Below are positions 57,822 through 64,000 of a DNA stretch of 64,000 nt, piece by piece (position 1 is the first letter of the stretch; each line of letters opens with the position of its first letter). The translations under genes and the position numbers were made by a program. The notes below the pieces were generated by a model that searched no databases, was not told where the DNA came from, and saw only the letters and a program-made list of their open reading frames with translations. The stretch covers positions 96,001-160,000 of the IMG/VR virus record IMGVR_UViG_3300045988_142085; one strand, given 5' to 3'. This DNA is from a virus.

Positions 57822-58668
57822 CTATATATTTCGTGACATCATTTTCGTAATAAATTTTAGCCATACGCTCTTCTTCTGTCTTTTCACTACCTTTATCAAA
57901 GTAGGCAATTCCAGCATAAGCGTTGTCCATAAATCCTTTAGATTTTGCATATAATACCTTCTTTTGTTTAACTTCAGGATTGCTAGAATTCAAAGTGACA
58001 ACAATTAAAGATATTTCTTGTGGGTCAAAATAAGAGTTAAAAGAATACTGATTAATACTATTATTAATCGTAAATGAGCCAGTACAGTTTACTAAATCAC
58101 AAGATATATAATTTAACGTGATTGGCTCGCTTAATTTAATCATAAATGTAGCAGTCTTTTTATTTAACTCTGTAACCATATTACGTTCAAAAGATATAAC
58201 TGCAGATCCATGATCTTTATCTATATTAACAGAATAAGCCTTTGTCGAAGAAATATTTTTAAATAAATCTATTTTACCTTCTTGTTGAACGACATAATCG
58301 ACCTGAGATATCTGAGTTCCGTCTCGGTCATAAACAACTTTTGTATCGTCGAAATCTGGAGAATAAGAAATAAAATTTTTATTTTGATATAAAGAATAAT
58401 TATTTTCTAATGCAATTAATTTATCGTTTAATTCTTTATATTTCTTATCGACTATGTCGTTAACATACGTAATCATATATTGATTACAATCTTCTAACGA
58501 TCGTATCATTCCAGTTAAATCGTTAAGAGATTTTTCTATGTCGGCATAATAATTATTATATTCTTCAGAATCCATAATTTTAGAGATATCGTATGCCGGA
58601 ATAGTAATCCCCTGTTTAATTACGTTAAGTTGTTCTAAAAAATCTTTATGATCTATAATCATAGTCAA
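57787..58668 (-). CDS. hypothetical protein (293 aa; true start may be internal)
   Basis: ORF track; overlaps the downstream gene by 35 nt. Confidence 0.45.
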   Translation of the reverse strand: MTMIIDHKDFLEQLNVIKQGITIPAYDISKIMDSEEYNNYYADIEKSLNDLTGMIRSLEDCNQYMITYVNDIVDKKYKELNDKLIALENNYSLYQNKNFISYSPDFDDTKVVYDRDGTQISQVDYVVQQEGKIDLFKNISSTKAYSVNIDKDHGSAVISFERNMVTELNKKTATFMIKLSEPITLNYISCDLVNCTGSFTINNSINQYSFNSYFDPQEISLIVVTLNSSNPEVKQKKVLYAKSKGFMDNAYAGIAYFDKGSEKTEEERMAKIYYENDVTKYIGEANGRRNKNK

Positions 58669-58671
58669 TCC

Positions 58672-58708
58672 TTTAAAATAAAAAAGCCGAGAGCTTTCGC
58701 CCCCGGCT
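58672..58708 (-). terminator. intrinsic terminator (AGCCG-loop-CGGCT plus U-run)
   Basis: hairpin 58685-58708 after the stop of 58720..60777; plus-strand A-run 58675-58685. Confidence 0.45.
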
Positions 58709-58719
58709 ATAACAGTTCG

Positions 58720-60777
58720 TTATTCGAAATCAGAAGCAAAGCTTACTGTAATTTCTTTTAGGGAACCCATTTGTTCTTGTTTGGTGATAGAGCTATCACT
58801 TAATTCAGGATTTTCCCAATATACTTGAACTTCGAAATCATTATAGTCAACGACTTCTTGTCCTTCTTCATATAAAGGTGTTTCAAAGATCAAACGATCG
58901 CTAACGCCATCCATATAGCTATGAACGTCTTTAACGACTTCAGTAAGCGGAACAATGAATCGTTTAAACTGACCTTTAGTAATGATACCGTCTTTAAATT
59001 TATATTCACGTGCTTTAATGGCTACTACGTAGCCAACACGATACACAGGATCATTATCGTTAACCAATACTGGATTAATTGTCGTTACAGATTCCGTATT
59101 GAAACCTTTTACTTTAGTAATGTTTTCACCGATAATAACATCGACAGGCATAGAAATATCGGATGGATCACCACGACGTAATTCCATTGGTTTATTAATT
59201 TCAGTTTTTAAACCTAATTCATGTACTGAATTAATTGTACCATTTTTTGGATTTCTTTTCAAGGTAATTGCTTCAGTCGTGAACAAAGATGGAGAACTTA
59301 ATGTGCTGGCTTCATATAAGCCTTCACGTTTAATTCTTAATTCTACACGAGCTTTAGAAGCACGTTGTAATCTACGATTATAAATATGAGCAGAATATAA
59401 ACCTTCATTTACAGGACTAGGTTGATTTGTTAACTTTTGTTGTGTTTTAAATTGGAAATAAAGATCACGTTTTTTAGTTTCGTCTGTTTCTGTTAACGCA
59501 TGAGCAACAGCAACATCGGATTTACGTTCATAATCATAAAAGATATTATTTAATTGAAGATCGGATTTATTATGATTAATCAATTCGATTTCATAGTAGT
59601 TATCTGTATTAACTTCCATGAATTCTACGATCAAGCAATAACGTGTAGGATCTTGATAATAATTATCTGGGATAATAGGATATTTACCGTCTTGTTGGAA
59701 GCTAAATTTTACATACTGACGTTCAACAGTAGCGCTTACTGCTTTAGGCTGTGTCTTAGCAAAGAATTTAAATTTATCATCTTTATTAGCTTGAGAAGAC
59801 TTATAAGCAGCTTCAGCTTGTTGACCGTTTTTAAATAAATCGACATCTCGTGCGTCGATTAAATAACAATTAACTGGGCCTGGGTTACCGTAAGCCTTTA
59901 GGCAAAGCTCGACAGTTTTTAAATAACCAGTTTTGCCTTCGCTAAATTTTAAAGTAGTCGCATAGCCAAAACCTGGCTTCATCATTTTAACAAACTCACG
60001 ACTAGTATCGTCAGTTTCGCCAGATGCATATTCTTCATCGCCCATTACTGTTTCTAAAGGACGAGCAAATAAGAAATCGCCATTATAAATAGCACCATAA
60101 GATTTATATACTTGATAGTATTCTGCATTTTGAAGAATAACGCTATTTGCAATATTGCGATCTAACGTTAATTTAAAATTAGCCTTATCGACAGCTGCTA
60201 CTTGACGAATACATTCTAAACCAGTATTGCTATTTACAACAGCAATGAAATCATACTGAGAAAATTGATCCATATTAGTATTCGCTGGGAATACTAAAGA
60301 TTTTCTATCGAGCTGAACTGTATTTTTAGTGTTAGCTAATTCTTTATTTAAATGAACTTGGTTAAATTCATGGAAACAATCATAATATCCGTCATAATAA
60401 CCGATATCTTTTACGTAACCATTCTTAGCTAATTGGCCACGAAGTTGATATAATTCATCTCGTAATGCTAAGATATCACTACCAAATTTAGATTTAATAT
60501 TTTCAGTTCTTTTATTAAGACTATTACCGGTCGTAGTAGTCATATAATCAGAAGCTAATTTGCCCCCAAGCTTTAAAGAGTTGGGAACTGTTTCACGATC
60601 ACCGTCGATACTTACAGCGATGTGGTCGGCAGCAATGCCGCCGACTTTATCTACATCTTCTGCTTTAGTATCACTATGATCTCTACGGTATACCAAATTA
60701 CCTTTTGCGATGACTGTTTCAGTAACAGCATCCATATCGATTTGGTTTATTGTAACTTTAGTAAAGTCTTGTGCCAT
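58720..60777 (-). CDS. large virion-type protein (685 aa; baseplate or tail component candidate)
   Basis: ORF track; GGAG ribosome-binding site. Confidence 0.5.
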   Translation of the reverse strand: MAQDFTKVTINQIDMDAVTETVIAKGNLVYRRDHSDTKAEDVDKVGGIAADHIAVSIDGDRETVPNSLKLGGKLASDYMTTTTGNSLNKRTENIKSKFGSDILALRDELYQLRGQLAKNGYVKDIGYYDGYYDCFHEFNQVHLNKELANTKNTVQLDRKSLVFPANTNMDQFSQYDFIAVVNSNTGLECIRQVAAVDKANFKLTLDRNIANSVILQNAEYYQVYKSYGAIYNGDFLFARPLETVMGDEEYASGETDDTSREFVKMMKPGFGYATTLKFSEGKTGYLKTVELCLKAYGNPGPVNCYLIDARDVDLFKNGQQAEAAYKSSQANKDDKFKFFAKTQPKAVSATVERQYVKFSFQQDGKYPIIPDNYYQDPTRYCLIVEFMEVNTDNYYEIELINHNKSDLQLNNIFYDYERKSDVAVAHALTETDETKKRDLYFQFKTQQKLTNQPSPVNEGLYSAHIYNRRLQRASKARVELRIKREGLYEASTLSSPSLFTTEAITLKRNPKNGTINSVHELGLKTEINKPMELRRGDPSDISMPVDVIIGENITKVKGFNTESVTTINPVLVNDNDPVYRVGYVVAIKAREYKFKDGIITKGQFKRFIVPLTEVVKDVHSYMDGVSDRLIFETPLYEEGQEVVDYNDFEVQVYWENPELSDSSITKQEQMGSLKEITVSFASDFE

Positions 60778-60791
60778 TAAAATCTCCTGCG

Positions 60792-63700
60792 TTATACGCG
60801 ATAATCATAAGTGATATAATGTTTTATACTTGTTGTATATTCTGATTTTCCAGTACGCTTTTTCCATGCTTCCATCTTTTCAGGATTTTCATATAAATCA
60901 ATATATAATGGATCATTGGCTAATAACGCAGCGACTTTTCTATCAGTAAACGTAATACAGCTTTTATATTTATTTAAAACATATCCATTTACTATATTAC
61001 GACTCAAACCAGTAAATAGACCATTTATATAGAATAAAACTTCGTCTTTAGATTCGAGAACTTGAGGATCGATTTTATAATCATTAATCGGGAATTCAGG
61101 AACACGATTATATCGCATTTTGAATGTTTCTTCTTTACGTTTATAATCTTGACGAATTTCGATCGTAATTCTATCTGGTTGATGATGATGCACAGTATAA
61201 GAAGTATCTGTTTCTTTTTTATAGAAGGATTCGTTAGGATAATTACTTGCTGTCGTACCGATATAAGGGCGATCAGAATTAATAATCTGAATTGTTTTAT
61301 TGCCGATCAAAGTCCAATCTTCTTTAGGTAAACGAACGCCGTTACGATATACGACCAATCGACCTGGATATAAATATAATTCAGTTTGAGCCGGAATTTC
61401 GTATACATTGGTACCGATAGAATTAGTATTATCTAAAGTAATAACGTCCATTACTTTAGAAGCACCAGTTTCTAGTTGTTCGATAGTATAATGAATCTTT
61501 TCACCAGGTTTAATATCGTTAGCAGGGCCTAAGAATTTAATAGAGGCACCATCTTCATTTTCGACATAATCGATATCGAGAATTTGACGAACGCCGTTAC
61601 GGAACACTGTTAATGCATTTACACGAGGAGAATATTTATCGTATTGCATATAGAAAGAACGATTTGTCGGATCAGTAGAATCCATAATGAAATCACCAAT
61701 CTTAATTGCGTTTTCACTATCGCCAGCAAATTTATATGCAAAAATATCGATGCTATCTTCTGGTAAAACCGGGATATTCATCTTAACTGCCGATACAGTA
61801 TTTTCATAAGACGTACAAATAGTTTTAATATCCTTAAGTTCTTTATCGGTAGCAAGTCTCCAGATCTTTTTATAATCGTCGTAAATTTGAACGGTTGCAG
61901 CATCTGTTAAGTCATCAGGCATAAATAATACGACTTCACCATCTGCAGTACTTTGTTCACGTTCTTTAGGAGATACTGGAGAAATTAATGGTTGTTGGTT
62001 ACATAATAATTTACCGTTATGATAAACTAAACTGTCGCTTAATGCACCAGTAAAATATGTATCCATAGCACTAGCGCCATCGAATAATCGATCGTCAGGA
62101 TCTCGCAATAATAAATATTGTTGACCTGGGAATAAACCATCTTTTAATGTTAAATAATGGTAATCTTTATTCCATTCAATATTCTTAGGATTAATTAACA
62201 TACCGTCTAAGAATAAAATAATTTCATCGGTATTCGTAATTACACGAGGATCGTAATAAATTACGTTTTGTCCGCTGTGGCCGATTTGACCTTGTTGAAC
62301 GATAAGAGAATGTTCACCGTTATTATACAAGGCAGTCGCATCGATATTTGGTGTGCCAGTTTCAGTTGCTAGAGTACGGTTAGTACCAGCAATAATATTA
62401 TTATCAAAGTTTACAGTACCGGCGGCATAAGCATTTTCTTCGCCCGGAATATATGCTTCAATTACTGTCCATGGCATATTAACTTTAGCACGAGGAACGA
62501 AAATTTTATCGTCACGGAAAATTAAACCACCAAATAATGGATGAATTAATTCACCGGCTACGAATACTAATGGAGATTTAAATTTCTTATGTAAATAAAT
62601 AACGCCTTGATTATCGAGGTTAGTTTCTACGATATAACCAGAGTCTTTAATATAATTTTTAAAGACGTGCACTTCATCTTCTTTATAAATCTTATCTTCG
62701 AGTTTTACGAGTTGATTTTTAACGTCGACATCGTAAAACTGTTCTTCGAGCATTAAGCCATCGAAGAATAGATTAATAGATTCTGGAAGATCTGGAATAT
62801 GGAAGCCTTCGAATAGATTGCCATTATTTAACTTCTTTAAAGAACCAGTATAATTAATCCAGTTAAAATCATAAGTAACTGCTAAGATATAATCATAATT
62901 TTGAACGGTACGATAATTCAAAGAAATTTTCTTATGCAAGATAACATAATCGCCGAAACGATTATCTGGGTCATCTTTCATAGAAATATCTCGACGCATT
63001 GTTCTGTTGTCAACAGTTACCTTATCTGGCTTATTATAATTAATTCCAGGATTTAATTGTGCATTAATTTTATCGACACCTGGAACACCTGACGTATTAT
63101 CTAAAGCTCTTGCTGTACTATGTGTTAATCCTGTTTCTACTTTTTCGTAATAAGGATATAAATGATCGCCTTTATTCTCGCCAGCTCTAAAACCATAGAA
63201 CTCAGTATTATTAGGATTAATATCGATAATAGCATTCGTATTGCTATCGTCTTTATTAATTTTAAATAAACGCTTAGTAATATTAGATAATTTTTGAGCG
63301 TTAATATGTAATGCACTTAAATTCTTATTCTGAGCTTTTACAGTCGGATATTGGAAACAAACAGTATTTACTTTTTCATAATCATTAAGTAAACTGTTCT
63401 CCATAAAGATTCTATCATGATTAACGTTAGGAATAACGTATTGTGTTCTATGATTAGGATCGACTAATTTATCATGAGTCGGAGCCGTAAACGGATCTTC
63501 CCATTCAAAGTCGAATGTATCGACTTCTTCGACAGCATTCTTTTTAGAACGTTGATATCCAGTCTTTAATTCGTTTTCATAGCGTTTAGAATCGCCGTCT
63601 TGTAAACTCGGTACAGTAACATGTCCGACAGAAAGTAACGGGCTAACGAGAGCGAAATCGGCAAACGCTGCTTCATTAAATTGTGCGTCGTCAGCCGGAA

Positions 63701-64000
63701 TCGATTTAATCGGCTTCCATTCTCTGCCGTCGAAATATAACATGATACCGTTATAAATCCATAACTGACCTTTAACAGGATTTACCGGAGTCGTTTCTTC
63801 GGTCAAATGTTCGATAATTTGAAATTTATTATCGAATACATTAACCCATTGTTTCTTGACGCCATCATAATATTTTAATTCATTAGTTCTATCTTTACGC
63901 CATAAAGAACCATGAATATTATTGTCAGGAACTGCATTAGCTCCGACAACTTTTTCTTGCTCGGTGATATCTGGGTTAATATCTTTGACAGCAGTAAAGA
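60792..64000 (-). CDS. very large structural-like protein, 5'-partial (more than 1069 aa; continues beyond the window end)
   Basis: The ORF-track start at 63806 is an internal TTG. The same frame stays open, with plausible sequence (...KDRTNELKYYDGVKKQWVNVFDNKFQIIEHLTEETTPV...), up to position 64000. Confidence 0.55.
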   Translation of the reverse strand, partial: FTAVKDINPDITEQEKVVGANAVPDNNIHGSLWRKDRTNELKYYDGVKKQWVNVFDNKFQIIEHLTEETTPVNPVKGQLWIYNGIMLYFDGREWKPIKSIPADDAQFNEAAFADFALVSPLLSVGHVTVPSLQDGDSKRYENELKTGYQRSKKNAVEEVDTFDFEWEDPFTAPTHDKLVDPNHRTQYVIPNVNHDRIFMENSLLNDYEKVNTVCFQYPTVKAQNKNLSALHINAQKLSNITKRLFKINKDDSNTNAIIDINPNNTEFYGFRAGENKGDHLYPYYEKVETGLTHSTARALDNTSGVPGVDKINAQLNPGINYNKPDKVTVDNRTMRRDISMKDDPDNRFGDYVILHKKISLNYRTVQNYDYILAVTYDFNWINYTGSLKKLNNGNLFEGFHIPDLPESINLFFDGLMLEEQFYDVDVKNQLVKLEDKIYKEDEVHVFKNYIKDSGYIVETNLDNQGVIYLHKKFKSPLVFVAGELIHPLFGGLIFRDDKIFVPRAKVNMPWTVIEAYIPGEENAYAAGTVNFDNNIIAGTNRTLATETGTPNIDATALYNNGEHSLIVQQGQIGHSGQNVIYYDPRVITNTDEIILFLDGMLINPKNIEWNKDYHYLTLKDGLFPGQQYLLLRDPDDRLFDGASAMDTYFTGALSDSLVYHNGKLLCNQQPLISPVSPKEREQSTADGEVVLFMPDDLTDAATVQIYDDYKKIWRLATDKELKDIKTICTSYENTVSAVKMNIPVLPEDSIDIFAYKFAGDSENAIKIGDFIMDSTDPTNRSFYMQYDKYSPRVNALTVFRNGVRQILDIDYVENEDGASIKFLGPANDIKPGEKIHYTIEQLETGASKVMDVITLDNTNSIGTNVYEIPAQTELYLYPGRLVVYRNGVRLPKEDWTLIGNKTIQIINSDRPYIGTTASNYPNESFYKKETDTSYTVHHHQPDRITIEIRQDYKRKEETFKMRYNRVPEFPINDYKIDPQVLESKDEVLFYINGLFTGLSRNIVNGYVLNKYKSCITFTDRKVAALLANDPLYIDLYENPEKMEAWKKRTGKSEYTTSIKHYITYDYRV

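Overview
This 64-kb AT-rich window reads as part of a large tailed phage or prophage of a low-GC Gram-positive host (AGGAGG-type ribosome-binding sites). Essentially every protein gene lies on the minus strand, in tightly packed and often overlapping operons separated by intrinsic terminators. The window contains, in order:

- **1-5.2 kb:** small early-type genes of unknown function.
- **5.2-8.75 kb:** a 3.5-kb noncoding region holding the only plus-strand transcription units in the window. It contains three promoter-like motif + hairpin + terminator units (small-RNA-like). It also holds a covarying pyrimidine/purine hairpin repeat array interleaved with CGCTCGCT iteron-like motifs, and a 16-bp AT inverted repeat, together a candidate origin or packaging region.
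- **8.75-16.7 kb:** a compositionally distinct, visibly GC-richer block of unknown proteins. Several of its genes sit behind a conserved 5' leader motif (4 copies).
- **18.2-20.2 kb:** five tandem paralogous small genes.
- **20.2-41.1 kb:** the tail-fibre and lysis region, containing:
  - an amidase_2 endolysin;
  - three paralogous receptor-binding-like proteins;
  - a collar-domain tail fibre;
  - holin-like membrane proteins;
  - a 1322-aa Ala/Lys coiled-coil fibre;
  - a cassette of eight small fibre paralogs.
- **41.1-53.2 kb:** a replication module. Its DnaE-type polymerase is split at the catalytic PDxDxDF motif by a ~1.2-kb group I intron carrying a LAGLIDADG homing endonuclease. Immediately upstream sits an IscB RNA-guided nuclease with a putative upstream omega-RNA (an OMEGA element). 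The module also holds a RecJ-like exonuclease, a sigma factor, a DUF1064 protein and a DnaB-like helicase.
- **53.2-64 kb:** large virion-type proteins running to the window end; the last gene continues past it.
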